A stretch of 64,000 bases of DNA from Alphaproteobacteria bacterium (GTDB taxonomy: Bacteria; Pseudomonadota; Alphaproteobacteria; UBA828). The DNA is taken from contig OZ243972.1 in NCBI GenBank assembly GCA_965214705.1, forward strand, positions 1,440,001-1,504,000, given 5' to 3'. Made by a program: the position numbers and the translations under genes. Each line of letters starts with the position of its first letter. The first letter of the stretch is position 1. Positions 36,745 to 46,559 of the stretch are shown one piece after another. The notes under the pieces are model-generated. The model did no database searches. It saw only the letters and a list, made by a program, of their open reading frames with translations, and was not told where the DNA came from.

Positions 36745-38838
36745 ACCGAACTTCCGTTAGCATCTGATTGCCGATCTGGCCGGATTTTGCCTGTTTCCGC
36801 CCTTTCTGCGCAGTTTAGCGCCCGGTTTGGCGCGAAATTCCCGAAATGATCGCCGAAACCGCCGCGATTCGGCGCTCCAGCGCTGGATCACGCCGTCCCG
36901 GCGCATCCACCAAAACCTGAATACTAGTCAGTAGATAGTTTTCTCGTTACGATAATTGCTCCGCATTCCCAAGCCTTTCCGATATGATTGCCGCGATTCG
37001 CTAGGCAGATCGATATGCACATCGAAACCACCCGGTCCGGAAACTCCCGCTGCCACCTCCTCAGACAGTCCTACTGGCAGGACGGAAAACCCAAGAAGCG
37101 CACCCTGTGCAACCTCTCCGCCCTCCCGGAACACGCCATCGAAGCCCTCAAACGCGCCCTCAAGCGCGGACCCGCCCTCAATCCCGACAGCGCCGACGTC
37201 GAACTGCGCGCCAGCCGGGCGCACGGCGCCGTCAGCGCCGTTCTCGGCACCCTTCGCGACATCGGCCTCGACCGCGTCATCTTCCACCGGCCCGATCGCC
37301 GCAGGGCCCTCGTCATCGCCATGATCGTCGCCCGCCTGATCCGGCCCGGCGCCAAGCTGCGCGTCGAGCGCGAACTGGGAGCGGCCGGCACAACCACCCT
37401 CGCCGCCCTGCTCGGCGTCGAAGGCGTCAGCGTCGACGAACTCTACGCCGCCATGGACTGGCTGGGCGCGCGACAGGGCGCGATCGAGCGCAAGCTCGCC
37501 CGGCGCCATCTCGGAGAGGACGATCTCGTCCTCTACGACGTGTCCTCGAGCTACATGGAGGGCAACGCCTGCCCCATGGCGAAGCGCGGCTATTCGAGGG
37601 ATCGCCGGGGCGACCGCCCGCAGATCGTCTACGGCCTCCTCTGCACCCGCGATGGCTGTCCGGTCTCGATCGAGGCCTTCGCCGGCAACACCGGCGACCC
37701 GATGACTCTGGCCAGCCAGGTGCGCAAGGTCCGCGACAGCTTCGGCATCCGGCGGGTGGTGTTGGTGGGGGACCGCGGCATGATCGCGCAGACCCGCATC
37801 GACCGCGACCTCGCGCCCAACGGCATCGACTGGATCACGGCGCTGCGCGCATCCTCGATCCGCAAGCTCGTCGACCGGGGGCATGTCACGCCCGGCCTGT
37901 TCGACACCTGGGGCCTCGCGCGGGTGACCACGCCGGACTATCCCGGCGAGAGGCTGATCGTCTGCTACAACCCGGTTCTGGCGGCCGAGCGCAAGCGCAA
38001 CCGCGACGGGCTGCTCAATGCGACCGAGACGGACGCGCGCGATTTCGCCGCGCGCCACGCCGCCGGCGACATCGACCGCGACGAGTTGAACCGTCGGCTG
38101 GGAACCTTGCGCCGCCGCAAGATGGCCAAGCACTTCCGCTTCGAATTCGACGAGGGCAGCGGCACCTTCAGTTGCGAACGCGACCGGGCGTCGATCGACG
38201 CCGAGGCCGCCCTCGACGGTCTCTACGTCATACGCACCAACGTGGACGAGGACGAGATCGAGGACGTCGAGGCGGTCCGCGTCTACAAGAGCCTGTCACG
38301 CGTCGAGCGCGCCTTCCGCTCGCTCAAGACGGTGTCGTTGCGGATCCGCCCGATCTTCCACTGGCGCGACGACCGAGTACGGGCGCATCTTCTGATCTGC
38401 ATGCTGGCTTGGTATGTCGAGTGGCACATGCGCCGCAGGCTGGCGCCGCTGCTGTTCGCCGAGGAGGACGGAGCGCCGCTGTCCGCGAACCCGGTGGCGC
38501 CGCCGGAACGCTCGGAAAAGGCCCGGCGCAAGGACAAGCGCCGAAAGACGGATGATGGACTTGCGGTGTGCGACTTCCGCGATCTCCTCGGCCATCTCGG
38601 CACGCTTGCTGCCACTGAGATCGCCACCGGAACCGACTTCGCCGTGCCCGCCCTGACCAAGCCGACCGAACTGCAGGAAAGGGCGTTCGCATTGCTCGGG
38701 CTGCGGCCCCATCCTGCGCCCGCGCTCACCGAAAAGGGGATGACCACCGCCAAACCTGTCCAGTAATCGTCGCTTCGAAACTCGCCGAAACCCCTGCCGC
38801 ACAACGGTTCTTTGACTATCCCACACTGGAAGTTCGGC
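36745..38838 (+). mobile_element. IS1634-family insertion sequence
   Basis: Ends ACCGAACTTCC and GGAAGTTCGGC, flanked by TTAA (36741-36744, 38839-38842). Confidence 0.85.
37015..38766 (+). CDS. IS1634-family transposase
   Basis: LLRQSYW.DGKPKKRTLCNL, LYDVSSSYMEG, RGYSRD, VLVGDRGM, DGLYVIRT, VERAFRSLK, IRPIFH. Confidence 0.93.
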   Translation: MHIETTRSGNSRCHLLRQSYWQDGKPKKRTLCNLSALPEHAIEALKRALKRGPALNPDSADVELRASRAHGAVSAVLGTLRDIGLDRVIFHRPDRRRALVIAMIVARLIRPGAKLRVERELGAAGTTTLAALLGVEGVSVDELYAAMDWLGARQGAIERKLARRHLGEDDLVLYDVSSSYMEGNACPMAKRGYSRDRRGDRPQIVYGLLCTRDGCPVSIEAFAGNTGDPMTLASQVRKVRDSFGIRRVVLVGDRGMIAQTRIDRDLAPNGIDWITALRASSIRKLVDRGHVTPGLFDTWGLARVTTPDYPGERLIVCYNPVLAAERKRNRDGLLNATETDARDFAARHAAGDIDRDELNRRLGTLRRRKMAKHFRFEFDEGSGTFSCERDRASIDAEAALDGLYVIRTNVDEDEIEDVEAVRVYKSLSRVERAFRSLKTVSLRIRPIFHWRDDRVRAHLLICMLAWYVEWHMRRRLAPLLFAEEDGAPLSANPVAPPERSEKARRKDKRRKTDDGLAVCDFRDLLGHLGTLAATEIATGTDFAVPALTKPTELQERAFALLGLRPHPAPALTEKGMTTAKPVQ

Positions 38839-39474
38839 TTAAACGTTACGTTTCCTGATCTCGTCCAGATAGTCGAGCACCCGCTCGGACGAGACGATGT
38901 CGGCGTAGCGGCGTCCGACATCGCGCAGATTGTCCCGGTGCGGCCGCTCGTCGGCGTCGCCGACGCAGTCCTCCGGTACCATGGTGCGGTAGCCGTAAGA
39001 GAAGGAATCGATCACCGACGCACGGATGCAGCCGCTGGTCATGCAGCCCATGACGATGGTCGTGTCCACGCCGTGCTTGGTGAGGAAGGCGGTCACCGGG
39101 GTCTGGAAGAAGATCGAGGGGCCCGACTTGCGCAGGATGTAGTCGTAGTGGGCATCGGAGGTGCGGGGTTCCATCTCGGCGCAGGGGTCGCCCTCGAAAA
39201 AGCTCTCGCGCACGGGCGCGATCTTCCAGTAGGGCATGTCGCCCTCGGAGTGATAGGCGGTGTAGCAGTTGGCGACCGGCACCCGCGCCGCGCGCGCGGC
39301 CTCCAGCACCCGCGCGGTGTTCTCCACGGCGCGATGCACCAGCGGGCAGTTGCCGAGAGGAAATTCCGGCTGGGTGAAGCCGGTCTGGAAATCGACGACG
39401 AGGATACCCGGCCGCTCGCCGAAGCCGATCTCCATCGCGCCGTAGCCGATGTCCTGATAGGTGTCGTCGCTCAT
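38839..39474 (-). CDS. Isochorismatase-family amidohydrolase (N-carbamoylsarcosine/maleamate amidase-like)
   Basis: VVDFQ, RKSGPSIF, GCMTSGCIRAS, EDCVGD. Confidence 0.9.
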   Translation of the reverse strand: MSDDTYQDIGYGAMEIGFGERPGILVVDFQTGFTQPEFPLGNCPLVHRAVENTARVLEAARAARVPVANCYTAYHSEGDMPYWKIAPVRESFFEGDPCAEMEPRTSDAHYDYILRKSGPSIFFQTPVTAFLTKHGVDTTIVMGCMTSGCIRASVIDSFSYGYRTMVPEDCVGDADERPHRDNLRDVGRRYADIVSSERVLDYLDEIRKRNV

Positions 39475-39500
39475 CGCCTTCCCCTCGCTCCTGCGGCCGC

Positions 39501-40301
39501 TCAGGCGATCGAACCGGCACCGATGCCGTAGGGTGCGGCCCAGTCCAGGCCCTCCAGCGTGCCGTCCTTGGGCCGGTATTCGCAGCCGATCCAGCCGTCG
39601 TATCCCGCCGCATCGAGCATCTCGAATAGGTAGGGATAGTTGATCTCGCCGACGTCGGGCTCGTGGCGGCCGGGCACGCCGGAGACCTGAATGTGAGAGA
39701 TGATCGCGCGATGCTGCGCGAAGCCCGCGGCCAAGCTGCCCTCCATGATCTGGCGGTGATAGAAGTCGTACTGGAGGAGGAGGTACTTGCTCCCCACCGT
39801 CTCGATCACCCGCTGCGCGTGGCCAGCGGTCGACAGCAGATAGCCCGGATTGTCGAACGTGTTCAGCGGCTCGATCAGCGCGCGGATGCCCTCGCGGCCG
39901 AACGCGTCCGCCGCATGGGCGAGGTTCCCGATATAGGTGTCCTCGTAAGCGCGCGCGTCGGCACCTTCCGGCACGATAGCGGCCAGCACATGAACCTGGC
40001 GGCAGCCTAGCGCATCAGCATAGCGGAGCGCGTTGTCGACCGAACGGCGGAAGTCGTCCTGCCTGCCCGGCAACGCGGTAATGCCCCGCTCCCCGGCCTC
40101 CCAGCTCCCCGGCGAGAGATTGAAGAGCGCTTGGCTCAGCCCGTTGTCGTTAAGTCGGGCCGCGATCTCCGCCGGCGGCGCCAAATCGTAGGGAAACAGG
40201 AATTCGACCGCCTGGAAGCCCGCACGCCGCGCCGCCTCGAAGCGGTCGAGAAAGTCGTGCTCCTGGAAGAGGAAGCTGAGATTGGCGGCGAACTTCGGCA
40301 T
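39501..40301 (-). CDS. hyi: Hydroxypyruvate isomerase family (Hyi/OtnI)
   Basis: FAANLSFLF, AVEFLFPY, LIEPLN, DFYH.QIMEG, HIQ..VPGRHEP, GCEYRP. Confidence 0.9.
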   Translation of the reverse strand: MPKFAANLSFLFQEHDFLDRFEAARRAGFQAVEFLFPYDLAPPAEIAARLNDNGLSQALFNLSPGSWEAGERGITALPGRQDDFRRSVDNALRYADALGCRQVHVLAAIVPEGADARAYEDTYIGNLAHAADAFGREGIRALIEPLNTFDNPGYLLSTAGHAQRVIETVGSKYLLLQYDFYHRQIMEGSLAAGFAQHRAIISHIQVSGVPGRHEPDVGEINYPYLFEMLDAAGYDGWIGCEYRPKDGTLEGLDWAAPYGIGAGSIA

Positions 40302-40340
40302 GGTCCATCCGGCGCCCGACGGCCCCGGCGAGGCTGAGCG

Positions 40341-40553
40341 TCAGAAGCAACCGAGCGCGGCGCCCGCACGCTCGATCCACATGACGAGATAGGAGTCGGT
40401 GACGCTTTGGTAGGCATCGGTGGCGAGCGCGTAGCAGGTGTCCGCGTGCGCTGCGACGAGGCCTGCGCCGAGTACTGCCGCCACCCCGATCAGGAGCCTG
40501 CGGCGTGCGCCACCCCGAAGTCTGCGTCGTTCGACCGTCACTGCCGACATCAC
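40341..40553 (-). CDS. Small hypothetical membrane protein
   Basis: 70-aa ORF with a hydrophobic segment, co-oriented with hyi. Confidence 0.4.
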   Translation of the reverse strand: MMSAVTVERRRLRGGARRRLLIGVAAVLGAGLVAAHADTCYALATDAYQSVTDSYLVMWIERAGAALGCF

Positions 40554-40690
40554 GACGCCATTATGCGTCCCCGCGGCGGCGAATCCTATCCCTCACGCGC
40601 CGGGCAGGGAGCAGCCGTGGTGGGAACTCCGGGTTGATGGGATGATGCGGCGGATGAGTGTCGAACCAGCGCCACGGAAGGGAGCAACGC

Positions 40691-41191
40691 ATGGGCACAC
40701 GCGAGTGGTTGATGAGCGAGCGCAATCTGGCCGACGAGCCGGTCGAGAACCTCGGCGACATGAGCGAGAGCGAGCGGGCCAATCTCGCGCTCCTGGTCAG
40801 ACAATGCCGGGGCTGGTCGAGCCAGAACATCGACGAGGTGGTGGCGGTCATGGCCGAGGACGGGGTCTATCACGACATCACCCTGCCGCCTGCGGTGGGC
40901 CATGACGCGATCCGCAAGTTCGGCGCCGGCTGGCTCGACGCGGTGCCCGACCTCTCGCTCTACATCGAGGCGTTCTGCGTCCAGGGCAATGTTGTCTGCG
41001 ATATGGGCTGGATGAGCGGCACCATCACGAAGGACTACTTCGGCCTGGCGGGCACCGGCCAGCGCTTCGACTGCCAGTTCTCCCAGATCTGCTTCGTCGA
41101 GGACGGCAGGATCAAGTACCTGCGCGGCCTCTGGAACGCGCCCGACATGTACAACCAGGTGGGGTGGGACTTGGCCGGCCTGAAACGCTAG
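40691..41191 (+). CDS. SnoaL-like / NTF2-fold protein (ester cyclase family)
   Basis: AEDGVYHD...GHDAIR..AVPDL...DGRIKY..GLWN. Confidence 0.82.
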   Translation: MGTREWLMSERNLADEPVENLGDMSESERANLALLVRQCRGWSSQNIDEVVAVMAEDGVYHDITLPPAVGHDAIRKFGAGWLDAVPDLSLYIEAFCVQGNVVCDMGWMSGTITKDYFGLAGTGQRFDCQFSQICFVEDGRIKYLRGLWNAPDMYNQVGWDLAGLKR

Positions 41192-42168
41192 GCGGTTTCT
41201 CCGGTCTGCGCCGCGTCATCCGAGCTGAAGGCGGGGTCCCAGCGGGAGAAATACCAGGAGCCGTCGATCGCGGGATCGAGCGGGTCGCCGTCGCCGCGAT
41301 TGACCCAGGCGTCGTATTTCTCCCGCTCCTCCCGTGCCCACGCCATCATGTCGGGGCGGAAGGCGGGGTCGTCGCCCTTTCGCATCCTGGGCCCGCGGAT
41401 CAGCACGCCCTCGAGCCCCGTGGGATCGCTCGGGCGCTGCCAGCGCACGTCGATTGCCCAGCGCACCTGGTTCGAGCGGTTCCAGAGCCCGCGGTGCGGC
41501 ATGTTCTCGTGGATGAACAGCACCGAGCCCTTGCGCATGGTGCAGGTCACCAGATCGCCGGGCGGCAGGTCGTCTTCGTCGATGTAGAGATACCAGGAGC
41601 GCGGATCGCCGATCACCTTCTCGACCTTGTGGCGGGCGTTGCCGCCAGGCCTGTGGCCGCCGCGCACCACCTGCAGGCAGCCGTTCTCCTCGCCCACGTC
41701 GAGCAGTGGGATCCAGCAGGCGGGCTGCACCGTGCCCTGCCCGTTCGCCGCGAGATAGCCGGAATCCTGGTGCCACGGCACCGTCATCAGCACGTTTTCC
41801 GGCACCTTGGGGCGCACGTTCCAGATCGCCCCGCCCTCGATGTCGGGGCCGATGATCGCGGCCACGATGTCGAGCAGGCGGTCCGACGACCAGAGCGCCG
41901 CGAGCGCCGGCCCCATGGGCGTCGAGATCTGCATGAGACCGGGCGCTTCGTCGTACTCGGCCGCGACCTTGGCCATGCGGGTGAAGAAGCTCTCGTCCGC
42001 ATAGGCGCTCGTGATCCGGCCCGCTTCGAACAGGCGCCCGGCGAGAGAGTCGACGGCCGCGGCGATCTCGTCAATCACCGGCTGGAGGTCGTCGTCCGAC
42101 AACAATCCCTCGACCAAGAGGAACCCGTCGCGCTGGTATAGCGCCAACTGTTCAGCACTGATCGTCAC
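41188..42168 (-). CDS. Phytanoyl-CoA dioxygenase (PhyH) family Fe(II)/2OG enzyme
   Basis: YQRDGFL, PWHQD, WIPLLD..EENGCL.VV.GGH, H.G..NRS..VRW. Confidence 0.9.
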   Translation of the reverse strand: MTISAEQLALYQRDGFLLVEGLLSDDDLQPVIDEIAAAVDSLAGRLFEAGRITSAYADESFFTRMAKVAAEYDEAPGLMQISTPMGPALAALWSSDRLLDIVAAIIGPDIEGGAIWNVRPKVPENVLMTVPWHQDSGYLAANGQGTVQPACWIPLLDVGEENGCLQVVRGGHRPGGNARHKVEKVIGDPRSWYLYIDEDDLPPGDLVTCTMRKGSVLFIHENMPHRGLWNRSNQVRWAIDVRWQRPSDPTGLEGVLIRGPRMRKGDDPAFRPDMMAWAREEREKYDAWVNRGDGDPLDPAIDGSWYFSRWDPAFSSDDAAQTGETA

Positions 42169-42202
42169 TTCGCTCCCTCCCGCTCGGCGACGGGCGCCGG
42201 CA

Positions 42203-42952
42203 TCAGCGAACGCCCATCATGAGCTTGATGATCTCGTCCTGATCGGTCTCTCCGGTCTGCCGGATGCCCGCGAGCTGCCCCCGGTGCAGCACCATGATGC
42301 GGTCAGCCGTCGAGAAAATCTCCTGCAGATTATGACTCACGAATACCACGGCGACGCCGGTCTCGCGCAGGCGGCCGATCAGCTCCAGCACCTTGCCGAT
42401 CTCGACCACCGCGAGCGCAGCGGTCGGCTCGTCCATGAAGATGAGCCGCGCGTCCCAATAGAGCGCGCGGCTGATGGCGACCGCCTTCTTCTGCCCGCCC
42501 GAGAGATAGCCCACCTGCGCGGTCGGCGACAGCGAGCCGAGGCCGAGGCTCTCCAGCAACTCCGCCGCCTCGGCGATCATGCGCCGCCGGTCGATGGTCT
42601 TGACCCGTGTACGCAGCAGCCGGCCGAGGAAGACGTTCTCCCAAACCTCCAGCTCGTCCACCAGCGCCATGTCCTGGTAGATGACCTCGATGCCGCGCTC
42701 GCGCGAATCCCGCGGCGTCGCAAAGGCCACCTCCTGGTCGGCGAAGACGATCTCGCCTGCGTTGGGGCGGTGGACTCCCGAGACCAGCTTGATCAGCGTC
42801 GACTTGCCCGCTCCGTTGTCGCCGACGAGGCCCAGCACTTCGTTGCCGTGCGCCTCGAAGCTCACGCCATCCAGCGCCACGACATGGTCGAAGCGCTTGG
42901 AGAGCCCGCGCACCTTCAGGAGGGCTCCGTCGGCGCCGACGGCAGGCGTCAT
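42203..42952 (-). CDS. Sugar ABC transporter ATP-binding protein (single domain)
   Basis: GDNGAGKST, LSGGQ, MDEPTAAL, VSHN; ATGA overlap with the permease stop. Confidence 0.92.
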   Translation of the reverse strand: MTPAVGADGALLKVRGLSKRFDHVVALDGVSFEAHGNEVLGLVGDNGAGKSTLIKLVSGVHRPNAGEIVFADQEVAFATPRDSRERGIEVIYQDMALVDELEVWENVFLGRLLRTRVKTIDRRRMIAEAAELLESLGLGSLSPTAQVGYLSGGQKKAVAISRALYWDARLIFMDEPTAALAVVEIGKVLELIGRLRETGVAVVFVSHNLQEIFSTADRIMVLHRGQLAGIRQTGETDQDEIIKLMMGVR

Positions 42953-43926
42953 GGTGTGCCGGTCCGCCATCGTTCCTCGAAAATCTCGGTGACGCGCCAT
43001 AGCACGACGGCGGCGAGGATCAGCACCCCGCGCACGGCATCGACCCAGAAGCTGGAGATCGGCATGACGCTGAGCCCCGTCGTGATCACGCCCAAGAGCA
43101 GCACCCCGCCGAGCGGCCCCATCATGGTGCCCTTGCCGCCGGCGAGGCTCACCCCGCCGATCACCGCGGCGGCGAAGACCTCGAACACCATGCCCTGCCC
43201 GAGGTTGATGGTCACCGCCTGCAGCCGGCCGGCCAGCACCCAGGCCGCCAGCGCGCCCAGCATACCGGAAAGGATGAAGGCGGTGAGCGTGCGCCGGTCG
43301 ACCCGGATGCCGGCAGCGAATGCCGCTTCGCGGTTGCCGCCGATCGCGTAGAGGTCGCGGCCGAAGCTTGTGTAGCTGAGAACGAACTGGCTGACCACGA
43401 ACAGGCTGAGGAACAAGATCACCGACACCGGCAGGAGACCGCCGATGCTGTAGCCGCCAAGCGCGGCGAACGAGGGCGGCAGGTCGTACATCGTGTTGGC
43501 GTTGGTGAAGACGTAGGTGAAGCCCCGGAGCGCCAGCAGCATGGCGAGCGTCACGATGAAGGCGTTCACGCGGAGCTTGATGATGAAGAAGCTGTTGAGG
43601 CACCCGACCCCCGCCCCCATCCCCAGCATGAGGACGATGACCAGGGCCGGCGGTAGCTGCCAGCCCGAGCCGAAGAACGGGTTGGTGGACACCATCCATG
43701 CGCCGACGAGCGCGGTAAAACCCAGCGTCGATTCCGAGGACAGATCGAAGCGGCCGGCGAGCAGGCAGAAGATCATGCCGATCACCAGAATGCCGAGGAT
43801 CGACGAGTGCTCCAGCACGTTGATGAAGATCCGCACCGAAAGCAGGCGCGGCTCGACCGCGACGAACGCGATTGTCGTGAACAGGAGCACGATCCAGACC
43901 GCGTTCCTGAGGAGGAACCTGGTCAA
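42949..43926 (-). CDS. Sugar ABC transporter permease (RbsC-like)
   Basis: FDLS, AFIVTLAM, FGRDLYAIGGN, AAAVIGGVSLAGGKG. Confidence 0.92.
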   Translation of the reverse strand: MTRFLLRNAVWIVLLFTTIAFVAVEPRLLSVRIFINVLEHSSILGILVIGMIFCLLAGRFDLSSESTLGFTALVGAWMVSTNPFFGSGWQLPPALVIVLMLGMGAGVGCLNSFFIIKLRVNAFIVTLAMLLALRGFTYVFTNANTMYDLPPSFAALGGYSIGGLLPVSVILFLSLFVVSQFVLSYTSFGRDLYAIGGNREAAFAAGIRVDRRTLTAFILSGMLGALAAWVLAGRLQAVTINLGQGMVFEVFAAAVIGGVSLAGGKGTMMGPLGGVLLLGVITTGLSVMPISSFWVDAVRGVLILAAVVLWRVTEIFEERWRTGTP

Positions 43927-44012
43927 TCCCGGTCGCCTCGCCGTGTGAAGCCGATAAGGGTCACAAGAGGCCGCGGCGTCTCGCCGTCAAGCCGCCGCGG
44001 CTCATCGCCGAC

Positions 44013-44045
44013 TGCAGGAATCGGGCGGCGCACCCGATTCCTGCA
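44013..44045. other. Intercistronic stem-loop between the binding-protein and permease genes (mRNA stabiliser or attenuator)
   Basis: Perfect 13-bp stem TGCAGGAATCGGG / CCCGATTCCTGCA with a 7-nt loop. Confidence 0.6.
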
Positions 44046-44061
44046 TGTTCGTCTCGCGGGT

Positions 44062-45123
44062 CTACTGGTACTTCTTGATCGCGTTACCCCAGAGGGTGGG
44101 GTCGGTGTAGTTCGATTTGTCCACCGGGCGGCTCGGCGTCTCGATTTGCCAACCCTCGGTGGCCTCGGACCAGCGCGCCTCGATTCCGTGATACGGCGCG
44201 CCCGGATTGTCGATGGGCCCGGCAGCGGTGATCCTGAAGCTGCCGTCGAGGTAGTGCTTGATGTAGTGGGCGAGGATCGTGCCGTAGCCCACCATGTCCT
44301 GCAGGGCGGAGGCATCCCACAGGTCGTTGCCGATCAGGTCGAGGATGCGCGGGTCGGCATCGATCCCGGTCACCACGATGTGGCCGGGCTCGCCGATCTT
44401 CTTGAGCTGACCGAGCGAATCCAGCGCGGCATCGACGCCCGGAATCACGTCGCTGCCCATGGTGATGCCGACCAGCTCGTTGGCGCTGGCGACCGACTTG
44501 GTGATGTCGAAGAACTCCTCCGGCGTCCAGTGCTGCAGCTTGCGGATCAGCTCGATCTTCGGGTGCTTCGCCAGCACCGCCTGGATCGCCTCCGACCGCT
44601 GGCGCGCGTTGACCTGGTCCATGGGGCCGTGCAGCTCGAGCACCTTGCCTGCGATCTCGCCACGCTGCTCCTCGATGCGCCTGACCAGCTCCTCGGCAGC
44701 GATCGTGCCGAGCGAGATGTTGTCGGCCCGCGCGATCAGCTCGACCTTGCCGCCCGCCGAGGTGCGGCCCAGCATGAAGACCGGAATGCCGGCCTCGTTG
44801 GCCTTCTTGACCGAAATCGTGGCGGCCAGGCTGTCCACCGGGCCGCCGACGATGGCGTCATAGCCAAGCGCGATCGCGGTCGCCCATTCGTCGGCCTCCC
44901 GCTTGGCGGAGATCTCCGCGTTCTTGATGACCGCATCCATGCCGAGGCTCTCGGAGACGTCCTGCCAGTTCCTGGCGATGACGATGTCGGCGGCGTTGTT
45001 GAGCTGTGGCGCGATGTAGATGACCTTGTAGCCCTCCGCACTCGCGCTCTGGCCGCCGACCGCGATGCCGAGCGCAAGCACTGCGGCGATCGCCGCGTGT
45101 CTCAGGATTCTCCCCGCCTGCAT
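44062..45123 (-). CDS. Sugar ABC transporter substrate-binding protein (RbsB-like)
   Basis: Signal peptide; KANEAGIPV, ADN..LG, LELHG, VTGIDA, ALQD. Confidence 0.9.
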   Translation of the reverse strand: MQAGRILRHAAIAAVLALGIAVGGQSASAEGYKVIYIAPQLNNAADIVIARNWQDVSESLGMDAVIKNAEISAKREADEWATAIALGYDAIVGGPVDSLAATISVKKANEAGIPVFMLGRTSAGGKVELIARADNISLGTIAAEELVRRIEEQRGEIAGKVLELHGPMDQVNARQRSEAIQAVLAKHPKIELIRKLQHWTPEEFFDITKSVASANELVGITMGSDVIPGVDAALDSLGQLKKIGEPGHIVVTGIDADPRILDLIGNDLWDASALQDMVGYGTILAHYIKHYLDGSFRITAAGPIDNPGAPYHGIEARWSEATEGWQIETPSRPVDKSNYTDPTLWGNAIKKYQ

Positions 45124-45326
45124 GACTTCCTCTCCCTTGTGTCTCCCGGCGGCCGCCCCGGTTGCACTGGTTTGACGTGGTTGAAGGCGACCGTGAGCAC
45201 AGAATAGCGCGGCGCGGCCTGCCTCTGTCAAACAAGGCGGGCTGCGCGCCCCACGTCTGCTCCGCTGCGCGGCGATCCGGGGTAGGATGGGGCGGTCGGT
45301 GGACGAGTTCGGGAGCGGGACACGAC

Positions 45327-46559
45327 ATGGTGGCGGCCGAAGCTGGGGAACGGATCGAGGTCGATGTCGTCATCGCCGGCGGCGGTCTGGTCGGGCTTAC
45401 CCTCGGTGTCGCGCTCGCCGGCGCCGGCATCGAGACGGCGGTGGTCGACGGCACGCCGCCGGCTGCGATGAAGGATGCTACGTTCGACGGTAGGGTCTCG
45501 TCCATCGCGCTCGGCTCCAGGCGGGTGCTGGACGGCATCGGGCTCTGGCCCGCGCTCGCGGCCAATGCCCAGCCGATCCTGGAGATCCGCGTCTCCGACG
45601 GCGATGTGCCCCTCTTCCTGCACTACGACCACAAGGCCGTGGGTGACGACCCGCTCGGCTACATCGTCGAGAACCGAAACATCCGCGCTGCGTTGCTGGA
45701 GCGGGCGGGGCGGCTCGCCGCGCTCCGTCACCTCGCGCCGGCCTCGGTGGAGGCACTTGAGCCCGCCGCCGGCGGCATCGACGCCCGGCTTGCGGACGGC
45801 CGCTGCGTGCGCGCCCGCCTCGCGGTCGCCGCCGACGGCGCTAACTCGGTCCTGCGCGCAGCCGCCGGGATCGAGACCGTGCGCTGGTCCTACGAGCAGA
45901 CCGGGATCGTCTGCACGGTGCTGCACGAGCGCCCGCACCGGGGTATCGCACACGAGCGCTTCCTGCCGGCCGGGCCCTTCGCGATCCTGCCCATGACCGG
46001 CGACCGCTCCTCCCTGGTCTGGACCGAGCGGGCGGCGCTGGCGCCTGCTCTGATGGACGCGTCACCCGAGGTCTTCGCCAGGGAGCTTGGCGCGCGCTTC
46101 GGCGATTTCCTCGGCGCGCTGGAGCCGATCGGCCCGCGCTGGAGCTATCCGCTGCGGCTCACCCATGCGAAGCGCTATGTCGCGCCCCGCCTCGCGCTCG
46201 CGGGCGACGCGGCGCATGCGATCCATCCGCTGGCGGGCCAGGGCTTCAACCTCGGCATCCGCGACGCCGCGGTGCTGGCGGAGCTTGTGGTGGATCGTGC
46301 GCGCCTCGGCCTCGATATCGGGGGCGACGACGTGCTCGCGCATTATCAGCGCCGGCGGCGCTTCGACTCAGTGGTCCTGATCGGCGTGACCGACGGGCTC
46401 AACCGCCTCTTCTCGAACGACAATCAGGGCCTGCGTCTGGTCCGCGATGTCGGCCTCGCGGCGGTCAACGAAATGCCGCCGGTCAAGCGCTTCTTCATGC
46501 GCCACGCCATGGGGCTCGCCGGCGACCTGCCCCGCCTCGCCCGCGGCGAGCCACTCTAA
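45327..46559 (+). CDS. UbiH/UbiF/VisC/COQ6 FAD-dependent ubiquinone biosynthesis hydroxylase
   Basis: GGGLVG, AADGANS, ERFLPAGPFAILP, GDAAHAIHPLAGQGFNLG, DGLNRLFSN. Confidence 0.93.
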   Translation: MVAAEAGERIEVDVVIAGGGLVGLTLGVALAGAGIETAVVDGTPPAAMKDATFDGRVSSIALGSRRVLDGIGLWPALAANAQPILEIRVSDGDVPLFLHYDHKAVGDDPLGYIVENRNIRAALLERAGRLAALRHLAPASVEALEPAAGGIDARLADGRCVRARLAVAADGANSVLRAAAGIETVRWSYEQTGIVCTVLHERPHRGIAHERFLPAGPFAILPMTGDRSSLVWTERAALAPALMDASPEVFARELGARFGDFLGALEPIGPRWSYPLRLTHAKRYVAPRLALAGDAAHAIHPLAGQGFNLGIRDAAVLAELVVDRARLGLDIGGDDVLAHYQRRRRFDSVVLIGVTDGLNRLFSNDNQGLRLVRDVGLAAVNEMPPVKRFFMRHAMGLAGDLPRLARGEPL

